Positions 29,165 through 38,273 of a stretch of DNA of 64,000 nt are shown piece after piece (position 1 is the stretch's first letter; each line of letters starts with the position of its first letter). Source of the stretch: an uncultured virus (IMG/VR IMGVR_UViG_3300031134_000653) (taxonomy: Duplodnaviria; Heunggongvirae; Uroviricota; Caudoviricetes); the IMG/VR virus record IMGVR_UViG_3300031134_000653. One strand, written 5' to 3'. The notes below the pieces were generated by a model. The model worked only from the letters and a program-made list of their open reading frames with translations. It was not told the DNA's origin and did no database searches. Position numbers and translations under genes: made by a program.

Positions 29165-29692
29165 ATGACATTCGACCACACTCTTTACCTGGACTTCGAT
29201 GGAGTTCTGAACGCTGTCGAACCTCAGCATGACAAGGTTGAGAATTTCGTCATCAAGATTGAAAACAGCCTCAACTTCCTGCCTGAGACTTTCATTGTGT
29301 ACTCCCCCAACGTGGTTGAGACACTTGAGCGTCTTCGTGAGCAGTACAAGATGGAGCTGGTGTGGCTGACTACCTGGAATGAGAACAACACTGTCCTTCG
29401 TCTTGCCGAGCATCTCAAAGGTCTGGACCATGGTCGTGTCCTCCCGGCTAATCTTCACACTGCCAAAGTTGGCAAGCGTGAATGGACTCAGTGGAAAGCT
29501 GAAGCCATTCTTGAAGACCAAAAAGCTTCTGAGCGTCCTTTCATCTGGGTTGATGACAATGCTCACAAGTACTGGGGTGAGGCTGTCAATGAAGGCACAG
29601 AAGCTTCCAGCCTCTTCGTGACACCGAACTCCACCTGGGGTCTTACCAAGAATAACCTTGACAAAATGGAGCAGTTCCTTAGCCAGAACTGA
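29165..29692 (+). CDS. HAD domain protein (Swiss Army knife RNA-repair type)
   Basis: LYLDFDGVLN, VWLTTW, WK, RPFIWVDD, GLT. Confidence 0.85.
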   Translation: MTFDHTLYLDFDGVLNAVEPQHDKVENFVIKIENSLNFLPETFIVYSPNVVETLERLREQYKMELVWLTTWNENNTVLRLAEHLKGLDHGRVLPANLHTAKVGKREWTQWKAEAILEDQKASERPFIWVDDNAHKYWGEAVNEGTEASSLFVTPNSTWGLTKNNLDKMEQFLSQN

Positions 29693-29700
29693 AAAACCTT

Positions 29701-30309
29701 ATGATGCATTTTACTTCAGACCACCATGCGGGTCATACAAACATCCTTCATCTGGGTGATGGTCGAGACTTCAAAAGCATCAGCCATATGCATGCAGAGA
29801 TTATCAACAGGCACAACAGTGTAGTTGGTTTCGATGATGACGTGTACTTCCTTGGTGACATTGCTATGGGCACTCTGGAAGACTCACTGAAAATCTTCTC
29901 AGGAATGATGGGTAACAAGTTCCTCATCCCTGGCAACCATGAGAAGATTTTCAGTGGGACTAACTCCAAGACTCGAATTCAGACATACACCCCTGTCTAT
30001 GAAGATGCAGGGTTTACTGTACTGCCCGAAAACACTTCAGTTGTTATTGACGGTCAAGAAGTTCTTCTTAGCCATTTCCCTTACTCCGAGAAACTGTTCA
30101 ACAAGACACAGACGGACAAGTTTGCTAAGAACCGTCCTGTAGATACAGGTCTTCCGCTTATTCATGGTCACACTCATCAGCGTCACCAGCATCAGGATGA
30201 CAGAAAACGAATGTTCCATGTGGGAATGGATTCAACCAACTTCACTCCTGTGTCTGAAGTTGAAATCATTGACTGGCTAAACCGTCTTAGGTCGAATAAG
30301 ATTCTCTGA
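29701..30309 (+). CDS. calcineurin-like metallophosphoesterase
   Basis: FTSDHH.GH.NI, LGD, GNHE, LSHFP, HGHTH, HVG.D. Confidence 0.9.
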   Translation: MMHFTSDHHAGHTNILHLGDGRDFKSISHMHAEIINRHNSVVGFDDDVYFLGDIAMGTLEDSLKIFSGMMGNKFLIPGNHEKIFSGTNSKTRIQTYTPVYEDAGFTVLPENTSVVIDGQEVLLSHFPYSEKLFNKTQTDKFAKNRPVDTGLPLIHGHTHQRHQHQDDRKRMFHVGMDSTNFTPVSEVEIIDWLNRLRSNKIL

Positions 30310-30708
30310 CCTTCTGGCTGGCACAAGGATATTCTGAGTCAGCTCTTCAGGCACTTTATCCGTGCTGAACTCTTTGATACTGCCATCCCTGTTCTTCCCT
30401 AAAGTTCGAACGTAGGCTTTTTTGGTTTGATTCCAGATGATGTAATCACCTACACTGACGACAGTGTAAGTGTAGTAATCAATCGAATCTCCGTAAGCGG
30501 AAACACCTTTCTGCCAGGTGATCGAATTTCCGTCTTTGCTAAGCTCCATCGAGTGAGGTGCAGGACCACCGACGAAATGAAGAAGCCGACTGTTTGATTT
30601 TTGGTTATTCAGTAGCTCAACCAAATCTTCTTTGGTTTCAATGTAAGCAACACGAATTCGGGGCAGTTCGACAGTGTAAGAAGCAATCTCTTTCATGATT
30701 TCTTTCAT
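30277..30708 (-). CDS. hypothetical protein
   Basis: ORF of about 140 aa. Confidence 0.6.
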   Translation of the reverse strand: MKEIMKEIASYTVELPRIRVAYIETKEDLVELLNNQKSNSRLLHFVGGPAPHSMELSKDGNSITWQKGVSAYGDSIDYYTYTVVSVGDYIIWNQTKKAYVRTLGKNRDGSIKEFSTDKVPEELTQNILVPARRSENLIRPKTV

Positions 30709-30807
30709 GTAGGGTTGGTTAACAAGCATACCAAGAGGCGAACCATCATTGAACTTTTTGCTGTTTCTTGGTATGATTGAACCACCTCACATGACGAAAG
30801 ATTGCTT

Positions 30808-31239
30808 ATGCTTGCCCGAAGTGCCAAATTTACGAAATCTAAATTCTTCTACGCTTTAGACTTCGAGAACCCTTACTCTCTTGAACTCAACGAAGGAACA
30901 TCATCTAACGGTGTCTCCTACAGATACATCAGCGTAACTTACCCTGCAATCTGGTTCAAAACTAAAGCAGGCTTGCTGACTGTGACAGAAGGTTCCCTGT
31001 CTCATAACACAAAGCAGGACACTGAGTTTAATCCGCAAGCAGTCAAAGAAGATGCTTTACGACACTTTGACGGTCGTTACGGTGGAAGCGTTGACTTCCA
31101 ATGGAATGGTGACAGCATGTGGTGTAGGCAGAAGACTCTTGCTGAGATGAATGAAGCCCAAGAACGACTTGACCAGCACCTGAAAAGGTTCCCTCTTGCT
31201 CCTGAAGGATATGAGGGTTGGTACAGCATCAAGGATTAG
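30808..31239 (+). CDS. hypothetical protein
   Basis: ORF with GAAAG SD. Confidence 0.7.
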   Translation: MLARSAKFTKSKFFYALDFENPYSLELNEGTSSNGVSYRYISVTYPAIWFKTKAGLLTVTEGSLSHNTKQDTEFNPQAVKEDALRHFDGRYGGSVDFQWNGDSMWCRQKTLAEMNEAQERLDQHLKRFPLAPEGYEGWYSIKD

Positions 31240-31253
31240 TTTTCAGAAACGGT

Positions 31254-31282
31254 TTGCTTTTTCTGATGGCAGGGTGTATGCT
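31254..31282 (+). promoter_or_regulatory. sigma70-type promoter
   Basis: TTGCTT-17-TATGCT, followed by CTTGTAAGAAAC as in the 3601 promoter. Confidence 0.7.
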
Positions 31283-31307
31283 CATGCTTGTAAGAAACAA
31301 AAGCCAA

Positions 31308-31344
31308 CGGGGTTACTTGAACGCCCGCTCTAAAACAACAAGAA
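31308..31344 (+). ncRNA. 5' UTR hairpin element, copy 2
   Basis: CGGGGTTACTTGAACGCCCG then AAAACAACAAGAA. Confidence 0.7.
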
Positions 31345-31356
31345 AGAATAGAAATC

Positions 31357-31692
31357 ATGTTTGATGTAGTGCTTGATGCAACTACCGAAGTTACCAAGCT
31401 CGAAGCTCAGCTCGCTGAGGCTCGTGCCAACCTGGCAAAGAAGGAAGCCCTCACCCCTGCTCAGCGTCTTGCTGAAGCAATTCATGAGGCTAAGGGTGGC
31501 ACTGACGGTCACCCTGATTGCTACTGGCGGGGTGAGTTCGCTTACAATGAAACCCCTGAAGGGTTCCATGCCTGGGAGCATGAGCGTTTCCTTGGCAAGG
31601 CAGAGAAGGTTCTCGCTCTTGTCAACAACGACCTGGCTGCTGCGTTGAAGATTGTGGGCATCATCACCCGCGATGACACCTACTTCGACTAA
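31357..31692 (+). CDS. hypothetical protein (candidate early gene)
   Basis: Follows the promoter and hairpin UTR. Confidence 0.8.
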   Translation: MFDVVLDATTEVTKLEAQLAEARANLAKKEALTPAQRLAEAIHEAKGGTDGHPDCYWRGEFAYNETPEGFHAWEHERFLGKAEKVLALVNNDLAAALKIVGIITRDDTYFD

Positions 31693-31712
31693 ACTCCACC
31701 CACACTAATTCT

Positions 31713-31750
31713 GCAGGGTTACTTGAACGCCTGCTATAAAACAACAAGAA
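31713..31750 (+). ncRNA. 5' UTR hairpin element, copy 3 (covarying)
   Basis: GCAGG-GTT-ACTTG-AAC-G-CCTGC then AAAACAACAAGAA. Confidence 0.7.
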
Positions 31751-31762
31751 AGAACTAAAACC

Positions 31763-32239
31763 ATGCTGATTGAATTCACTCACGACCACGTTACAACCCG
31801 GCTTTTCTTCCAGGATGACGCTGGTCGCCGTAGGGCTCTACTGCGAGCTATGGCTGCAGCACCTTTTACTGTCAACGCTCCTAACGAAGAGCTGACAAAC
31901 CTTGGTGTCCTGCGTGAGTACATCGATGCTTACAAGCTGCCTCAGGCAATGGTAGATATGGCTGGTCCTGCACTGAAGGCTCAGCTGGAGAAGCAGCGTA
32001 ACTTCACCGCAAGCATTGTTGCACGCAAGGAGGAGGGACATGACCTCACTCTGCACCGGGACCAGCTGCTGGCCCTGCCGGTAGATGAAGCTATCACCAA
32101 GGTGTTTTTCGCCAACGGTGAAGTTCAGAACGCTGTTGACTACATTGCTGTTGAGCTGGATAAGCTCTACACGAAGCTCACTTCGGATGGTTACACGTCG
32201 AAGAAAATTTACACACTGCACGAAGCTGAGATGGCATAA
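31763..32239 (+). CDS. hypothetical protein (candidate early gene)
   Basis: Follows hairpin copy 3. Confidence 0.8.
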   Translation: MLIEFTHDHVTTRLFFQDDAGRRRALLRAMAAAPFTVNAPNEELTNLGVLREYIDAYKLPQAMVDMAGPALKAQLEKQRNFTASIVARKEEGHDLTLHRDQLLALPVDEAITKVFFANGEVQNAVDYIAVELDKLYTKLTSDGYTSKKIYTLHEAEMA

Positions 32240-32306
32240 CCTGATTCTGAACGAAACGACCAGCATAAAAACTGGTCGTTTCGTCGTTAAGTGATAACCT
32301 TGTACA

Positions 32307-32447
32307 CAGAGGCATCCACACAGCTGCCCGTCTCAGATGTTCCTTCCTACGCAAGGGCGTCGTTGAGAGCAAGGTTTTAGAAATCCTGTGTCATACAAAC
32401 CTTTAACCATTTCGGTTGAGCGTAGGTTGACTGAGAATGGAAATCAA
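32307..32447 (+). ncRNA. pseudoknotted leader RNA, copy B
   Basis: Loop CCTACGC (32346-32352) is complementary to GCGTAGG (32420-32426); shares sequence blocks with copy A; extended -10 TGA-TAACCT at 32292-32300. Confidence 0.7.
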
Positions 32448-33512
32448 ATGACGAACGACCGAACCCGCAAACTCAAAATTCGGGAACGCATGACAGCTAC
32501 CGGGGAAGTCTTCTCTGTTGCCGCGAAAAGCATTGATGCTGAAATTACCAGCCACAAACCAGGCTGGCAGGCTTTCCTTGAAGGATTCGGGAACACTAAC
32601 CCAACCAAAGTTTGGCGTCCTGAAGGACTCAACGATTGGACACAACCGGTGTACTCTCTTGTGACTTCAGCCTGGGAAGGTGACACTACATCTCTACATG
32701 CTTTAGGTGCAGCCTACAAAGCTTTGGAAATGAAAGGTCATTATTTCTGCTTCCATCACTACACTGTAGAATACATTCAGTCTTGGTTCAGTCAGAAGCA
32801 AATTAGTCCATCAATGGACCAACTGCGGAATACCTTCAACCAGATGCATGACACTTTTCAGTACCTGGAAGACCATCGCTGGTTTGATTCAGCTTTAGCT
32901 GATGAAGCCACAGTTGAAGCTGCTCAAAAACTTGTGCAGTTCACAGAGAAAGACATCATTACCCGTATCAACGAATCTTTACAACAAGATGTCCGTACAG
33001 CTAAAAACACGAACTTCTACACCACTGACGGTATCATCATGATGAGCCTTCTCTGGTCAGTCCTTTCGCAGGATGAACGAATCGTATTCGTGGATGGACT
33101 GACCAAGCTTCTGAAAAACCTTCCATCCGTGGAAGAAGCGAACACTGATGACATCATCTACAGCAGGTATTACGTTCAACCTCCAATTGCTCGCCCAGAG
33201 CTTGCAGTGGGAGATGAAGTGAAGTTCAAAAAAGATGGTCAAAAGTGGACTGTTCGTGGCTCTTCTGAAAACTACACAGTTCTAACTCGTGTGCCTAAAA
33301 GCAAAACCACGTTAGGTCAAGATCAGTACACTATTGTGGACTGGTCAGTAAGCAACCGTGGAGCTCACAGCAGCTACGGCCATGCTGTGAAAACTGATGC
33401 TGATGTACAGACCATTCTTGAAGTTTTGGAAGACTCTACGAACGATATCGAGCTGAGTCGCAATCAGGTACCATGCCGTATTGAGCTGGTAAAGAAAGCC
33501 AAACAGAGATAA
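32448..33512 (+). CDS. protein with N-terminal K..IR.RM..TGE helix, RNA-leader-associated (B)
   Basis: MTNDRTRKLKIRERMTATGEVFSVAA. Confidence 0.75.
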   Translation: MTNDRTRKLKIRERMTATGEVFSVAAKSIDAEITSHKPGWQAFLEGFGNTNPTKVWRPEGLNDWTQPVYSLVTSAWEGDTTSLHALGAAYKALEMKGHYFCFHHYTVEYIQSWFSQKQISPSMDQLRNTFNQMHDTFQYLEDHRWFDSALADEATVEAAQKLVQFTEKDIITRINESLQQDVRTAKNTNFYTTDGIIMMSLLWSVLSQDERIVFVDGLTKLLKNLPSVEEANTDDIIYSRYYVQPPIARPELAVGDEVKFKKDGQKWTVRGSSENYTVLTRVPKSKTTLGQDQYTIVDWSVSNRGAHSSYGHAVKTDADVQTILEVLEDSTNDIELSRNQVPCRIELVKKAKQR

Positions 33513-33522
33513 CCTGCCAGGT

Positions 33523-33570
33523 TAAACAGTTGAGCCCGCCTAGTGACTTCTAGGCGGGCTCAACTGTTTA
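33523..33570. terminator. bidirectional terminator
   Basis: TAAACAGTTGAGCCCGCCTAG / CTAGGCGGGCTCAACTGTTTA. Confidence 0.8.
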
Positions 33571-33573
33571 GAA

Positions 33574-33903
33574 TCAGATGGTGGGAATCTCGGCTTCGAT
33601 GAACTCATCGATTTCAGAGATGGACAGTCCGTAACGAATGGAGACTTTGTTGTCTTCCACTCCTTCTGTTCTAACAGTGACCTGGTTCTGGTAGGACACC
33701 ATAATTTCTGCATTGACATCAGGGTAGTCCCATACGATGCGGATGCTGTTATCGTTCACGATGAACAAATCAGTGGGCCAAGCTTTTTCTTTGTTGCTGG
33801 CAATGAGAAGAATGTTGTTAGCATATTCTTCCAGATATTCAACCTCATCAGACGCTAAATGCTGGCTTAACTCATTAATCTGCTGTTGTGTAATCATGTC
33901 CAT
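33574..33903 (-). CDS. hypothetical protein, possible distant member of the GW...P...G...W family
   Basis: WPTDLF....SIRIVWD. Confidence 0.6.
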   Translation of the reverse strand: MDMITQQQINELSQHLASDEVEYLEEYANNILLIASNKEKAWPTDLFIVNDNSIRIVWDYPDVNAEIMVSYQNQVTVRTEGVEDNKVSIRYGLSISEIDEFIEAEIPTI

Positions 33904-33954
33904 AATCCTATCAGGAGGAAGCTGTATAGGGCGAAAATACAGTTTTAGAAAACT

Positions 33955-34266
33955 TCAAATTGAAAGTTTGGATTCAAAGCCGGCAAGAGCTAACAGCGGT
34001 GAATGATAGAATCCTGATTCTGCTACAGATGCACAGATAGGAGGGAAATACTCATCTGCCCAGAATCCATGCCAGTCGATGAAGCTTTCTTTTCTGTGCT
34101 TATTAATGAGGTCTTTGAGCCTGGTGCTAACTTTAGGGTCTTTTGATAAAAGCTCTAATATGCCAGAGCCTGCATGATTTCCATAAGCTCCAGAATAAGT
34201 CATTCCTCTTTTTAGGAATGACAGGAACTCTTGTTCTTCTTCAACGTTGTCAAAAAATGTTAACAT
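33955..34266 (-). CDS. hypothetical protein
   Basis: 103 aa ORF. Confidence 0.6.
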   Translation of the reverse strand: MLTFFDNVEEEQEFLSFLKRGMTYSGAYGNHAGSGILELLSKDPKVSTRLKDLINKHRKESFIDWHGFWADEYFPPICASVAESGFYHSPLLALAGFESKLSI

Positions 34267-34347
34267 AGTTTTGTTTCTTTCTTGGTAAAGGTAACTCTCT
34301 TATCGGATAAATGACTGGTTTGTCGGACATGGTTTAGACTTGCATGT

Positions 34348-34497
34348 ATGACAGACACTAAAGAGACTTTCGCTCAAGACGAAAAAGAATACGTGGACAG
34401 CCCAGAACTAATGGACTCCAGGCTATGGGTATTCTTCGGGACTGCCACAGCTGTTGCTTTAGGAGCAGGAGCTGGCGTTCTCGCATTGTTCCTTTAA
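34348..34497 (+). CDS. small membrane protein (49 aa)
   Basis: Hand-translated MTDTKETF...LWVFFGTATAVALGAGAGVLALFL*; leaderless TAGACT-7-ATG; terminator follows. Confidence 0.65.
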   Translation: MTDTKETFAQDEKEYVDSPELMDSRLWVFFGTATAVALGAGAGVLALFL

Positions 34498-34551
34498 CCA
34501 AGTTGACCCTCCCAGAGCTAAATTCTGGGAGGGTCAACCTACTCGAATGAG

Positions 34552-35043
34552 TTAGGACTGGCTGATTTCTGCATACTGGCTCAGGAGGTCACGCAGAGCC
34601 GTCTCATCAGCAGGCGGAGCGTACAGTACGGTCTTGCCATGCTCAACTGCCACAGCAATCTCAGCTGCCGTACCAACAGCCTCCGTGTCAGCAGGAGTGA
34701 CGACCACAACCACATCAGAGTTGATGATGGCTGAATCGTTCACCTTCTGAGCCTTCTCATGCCAAGCACCCTGCCATGCCTTGTGAGGGGAGTAAACAAG
34801 GTGACCTGCGTGAATGGTTGCAGTGCGGACGGCTTCACGCCAGGTGGAGTACTCAAGGTACTCGGGGGAGTCGAGTCGACCCCACCAGGTTCGAATGGGA
34901 CCTACGATGACAACAATAAGCGGCTCACCATCAGGAAGGTGGGCTTCAACAGCTCCATTTCCCTCCTGGGCAAGAAGCTTAATGAACTCAGGGTTGGTGT
35001 TTTCTCCACCTGAGAGAACGGAGTCTTCGATTGAAATGGGCAT
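34552..35043 (-). CDS. nucleoside deoxyribosyltransferase/DUF4406-like fold protein
   Basis: IVGPI, VYSPH, SDVVVV, GT..EI..A...GK.V. Confidence 0.65.
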   Translation of the reverse strand: MPISIEDSVLSGGENTNPEFIKLLAQEGNGAVEAHLPDGEPLIVVIVGPIRTWWGRLDSPEYLEYSTWREAVRTATIHAGHLVYSPHKAWQGAWHEKAQKVNDSAIINSDVVVVVTPADTEAVGTAAEIAVAVEHGKTVLYAPPADETALRDLLSQYAEISQS

Positions 35044-35150
35044 TGATTTCCAAACTTTGAAACGGATACGAATACCGTGAGAGTATCAGCTTTTTCTGTA
35101 AAAAGCAACACCTGGCAGATAACATTGGCAATCATATGTAAGGAGATGCC

Positions 35151-35399
35151 ATGTCCACCGTAAAAGACATTGTGTTAGAAAGTACAAATTATGAGTTAGC
35201 TGTCCCCGTAACAGCTAAAGAAAGCCACGAAGAGCTCACCCTCAGCGTCATTTTCCAAGCCGAAGATGACTGCGAAGCCAAGATGCTGTCTGTCGACATT
35301 CTAAACATCTGGTTAGGCTCCAATGTCAACAAGCCTAAAAGGTATGCCTCTTTGAATAACTCAGATGAAGGCTCTTTTGTCGCTCAACTGAACTGGTAG
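35151..35399 (+). CDS. hypothetical protein
   Basis: AAGGAG SD. Confidence 0.7.
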   Translation: MSTVKDIVLESTNYELAVPVTAKESHEELTLSVIFQAEDDCEAKMLSVDILNIWLGSNVNKPKRYASLNNSDEGSFVAQLNW

Positions 35400-35400
35400 T

Positions 35401-35796
35401 TCAGGATTCGATGGCTACATCGATGAACGCTTTAGCCTGCTCCAAAGTGGAATCTTCAAAAGTTGTGATTTTGTCATGAGATGCAGGGTGTAAGTCGAAA
35501 AGGCTCATGACAGTTCCACCAGGCTGAATTTCGATGTTTGTGACGGCTGTAGGACTGGACCATTCAACCAAGACGCCACCATCTTCCATTGGGAACACTC
35601 CAGGCATTTCGGCTTTTGTGTCCCAAGCGTAAACTGCGAGTTCCCATGCAGTATTGATTGCACCTTCATCTACAGTCTCAGCAATAGCTCCTTCATCCCA
35701 ACCTTCGGGTAAATCTCTTAGGTAGTTGAAGCGTTCGAAAAGCTGACCTACAGGTCCCTGTGGTTCAAAATCTTTCATCATAATCTCATCTTTCAA
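35401..35796 (-). CDS. GW...P..DGG..EW family protein (paralog array)
   Basis: LRDLPEGWD ... PGVFPMEDGGVLVEW. Confidence 0.75.
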   Translation of the reverse strand: MKDEIMMKDFEPQGPVGQLFERFNYLRDLPEGWDEGAIAETVDEGAINTAWELAVYAWDTKAEMPGVFPMEDGGVLVEWSSPTAVTNIEIQPGGTVMSLFDLHPASHDKITTFEDSTLEQAKAFIDVAIES

Positions 35797-36203
35797 TGTT
35801 GTTTAGCCAAACTGCTTTGAGGTATCTTACTATACTGCTCGACCAGCTGCTGAACAGTTGTTTTACGAACGCCTTGCCTCATGAGAGTGTACTCTCCACC
35901 AGCTTCAGTGTAGTAGACATCCCATTTGATTGTAGAACTGTAAGAGTGTTTGGGGTTTGCTTCAATGGCATGCAAACTACCATCGAGACCATCCCATTGA
36001 AAACATAGTCCACCTGGGGACATTGGAATAATGGTCGGAAGATGACCACCTGCTTCACGAATCTGCTGCAGCAGGAAAACTGTTTTCTTCAGGAAAAAAT
36101 CAGAGAAGCTTCGGTCAGTTCCCTCGCCATTCCATCCATCTGGGAAGGATCTAAACTTCTCATACTCCCAATACCATGGGTCATCCAGTTCAACATAAGC
36201 CAT
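35793..36203 (-). CDS. GW...P...GG...W family protein (paralog array)
   Basis: FPDGWNG ... PTIIPMSPGGLCFQW. Confidence 0.75.
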   Translation of the reverse strand: MAYVELDDPWYWEYEKFRSFPDGWNGEGTDRSFSDFFLKKTVFLLQQIREAGGHLPTIIPMSPGGLCFQWDGLDGSLHAIEANPKHSYSSTIKWDVYYTEAGGEYTLMRQGVRKTTVQQLVEQYSKIPQSSLAKQH

Positions 36204-36216
36204 AATCTATGTCCCT

Positions 36217-36651
36217 CTACCTTTTCTTCTGCATCTGTTGAGATGATCTGTACATATTCTCTACTTCACGCTCAGTGAATTTCTCAACCAGCAAACTGAC
36301 AACCTCGTCAGCATCGGTTGTGATTCTTGATTCCAGTAGGTTTGTTCTCAAGTCCCAGTGAGTAAAACAAATTTTGGACAACGGCAAATCAGGGTCATGT
36401 TCTACTTGCACAGAAACAGTGGTCATGATTGCAGCATCCTGCCAACTCATAACCATTCCTCGCCCTGCAGCTGCAACACGAACAGGTTCAGGGAACCCGA
36501 AATCAGAGCAGAAACTAAGCACACTTTCAGTGATGTTCAAAGAACTGACAGCTACTGCAGGTTCTACAGTTTCACCCCACCCGTTTTGAAGTTCGCTGAA
36601 GAGAGCAAGTCTATCAACCCAGTCTTGGGTGCTTGATCGAACGGTACTCAT
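36217..36651 (-). CDS. GW...G...W family protein (paralog array)
   Basis: LQNGWG ... PEP......GRGMVMSW; AGGAG SD. Confidence 0.75.
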   Translation of the reverse strand: MSTVRSSTQDWVDRLALFSELQNGWGETVEPAVAVSSLNITESVLSFCSDFGFPEPVRVAAAGRGMVMSWQDAAIMTTVSVQVEHDPDLPLSKICFTHWDLRTNLLESRITTDADEVVSLLVEKFTEREVENMYRSSQQMQKKR

Positions 36652-36812
36652 TTTTCTCCTAAAACAATGGCTTTCACCTTACTCAATTGTAGCACAAAAC
36701 AGAGAAGTAACAAAGCTTCAAAGGTCATAGATAATGGGATGTCTCAACAAATAAATCAAACTGGGAATACCTGGTATGCTTGATTTCCAAGCCCCTATAA
36801 GGAGTGAGCACC

Positions 36813-37217
36813 ATGAGCGTTTCATCTATCCCTGATAAAAGCAATATCAGTAGCGAACATGTTTACTATGATGTTCCACTGAAAGACTCTCGAACTGGTT
36901 ACCGAACAAAAGACCTCAATGAAGCTCAGAAAGCTGCAGCAGGTGCGTTTGGTGACGGGTCTGGCCGGATCACTAAAATCACCAACTCGACCCACCGTTT
37001 CGACAACTCTGAAGGCAACTCTGTTTACGCTACAGTAAAAACTCGGGAAGAGCTAAAGCCAGTGAAGAAATTTGACACTGACGGTAAGAAGCGAAACAAA
37101 GAGTATGCTGACCGCCAGAACTGTAACCACCCACAGACAAAAGAAGTCATGGTCGGCGCCGGCTGCAACAAAGACTACTACAGCCAGTGCACCAAATGTG
37201 GTCGAACTGTCGGATAA
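36813..37217 (+). CDS. protein with C-terminal zinc ribbon
   Basis: CNH...CTKCG; AAGGAG SD. Confidence 0.7.
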   Translation: MSVSSIPDKSNISSEHVYYDVPLKDSRTGYRTKDLNEAQKAAAGAFGDGSGRITKITNSTHRFDNSEGNSVYATVKTREELKPVKKFDTDGKKRNKEYADRQNCNHPQTKEVMVGAGCNKDYYSQCTKCGRTVG

Positions 37218-37331
37218 GCTCTGCAAGGCTCTGTGACAGCTTAACCTAAAAACTCGTGACGTTGTTCACGAAGACCAACAAAACCCCTCTGACAGTCTCC
37301 TGCGACCGCTCAGAGGGGTTTTAGGCTTATG

Positions 37332-38111
37332 TCACCAGGATGTTTCAGGCAAAACAGACTCCAAGAACATTTCGTGTTCTTTAAGGTTCCTGGACCTGTT
37401 TCGACTGCGAGGGATAAGCTCGTCAGCATCCTCAACGAGGTCTTTCACACTAATAAAGTCCAAGTCGTTCGTGATAATCAAAGAGACCTGCTGAATGTCG
37501 AACTTCCAAGTGAAGCAAAGACCAGAGCGAGGAATTGCTTCAATCGCAGTCGGGACGATACGGCTGTTCTCGCCACACAAACTGGTGAGTAACTCTTCAG
37601 CATGCCCAATCATCTGATAACGAGTTTCAGGGTCAACTCCATACCAACTGCTATCTTCGTCGTCATCGATAAGCTGGAAAGACTCACACCATACATCCCA
37701 CCAAGCTTCCCGAGTGTCGTCCACCAAAGGTGTCTTGGCTGTAATCACATACTTGAGTAAATAGCTTTCCAAAGACTCAAAATTCAGGGCAACTAAACTG
37801 GAGCTATCCAACTCAGGATGGGTGGTGTGAATCGGATAGTCTGAGTTGCCTGTAATAGTGACAGCAATGCGAGAATCGTTAGTTCCATCCCATTCCATCA
37901 CCACCAAATACCCAGGAACATTAGGATAACGTGAGTTACTCATTTTCAGTTCAGGTTGTGGCTTATCATTAGCAACCATCACATTAGTGAGTCGTGAAAC
38001 TGTTTCAAAAATTACTTCAGAACTGATGACTCCCTCAAGACGAGAAGACATTTCTACCAAAGACACAGGAATCATTGGATCAGTGTTCGTATCGTTTACC
38101 GCGTTGCTCAT
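37332..38111 (-). CDS. two-domain hypothetical protein related to the GW/P..G..W array
   Basis: VPTAIEAIPRSGLCFTW resembles PTIIPMSPGGLCFQW. Confidence 0.65.
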   Translation of the reverse strand: MSNAVNDTNTDPMIPVSLVEMSSRLEGVISSEVIFETVSRLTNVMVANDKPQPELKMSNSRYPNVPGYLVVMEWDGTNDSRIAVTITGNSDYPIHTTHPELDSSSLVALNFESLESYLLKYVITAKTPLVDDTREAWWDVWCESFQLIDDDEDSSWYGVDPETRYQMIGHAEELLTSLCGENSRIVPTAIEAIPRSGLCFTWKFDIQQVSLIITNDLDFISVKDLVEDADELIPRSRNRSRNLKEHEMFLESVLPETSW

Positions 38112-38273
38112 GAACTCTTATCTCCTTAGATATAGTCTTTCCATCCAGTCTACCCTATTTGAAGTTTTCGAGCCAGTGAATGTAGCACCTAGTAATGACT
38201 CCTTGCGTAGATGCGATCTATCTGCTATTCTTCTCTCAAGCCTACACAAATAGAAAAGGAGAAGGTGAGTTCA

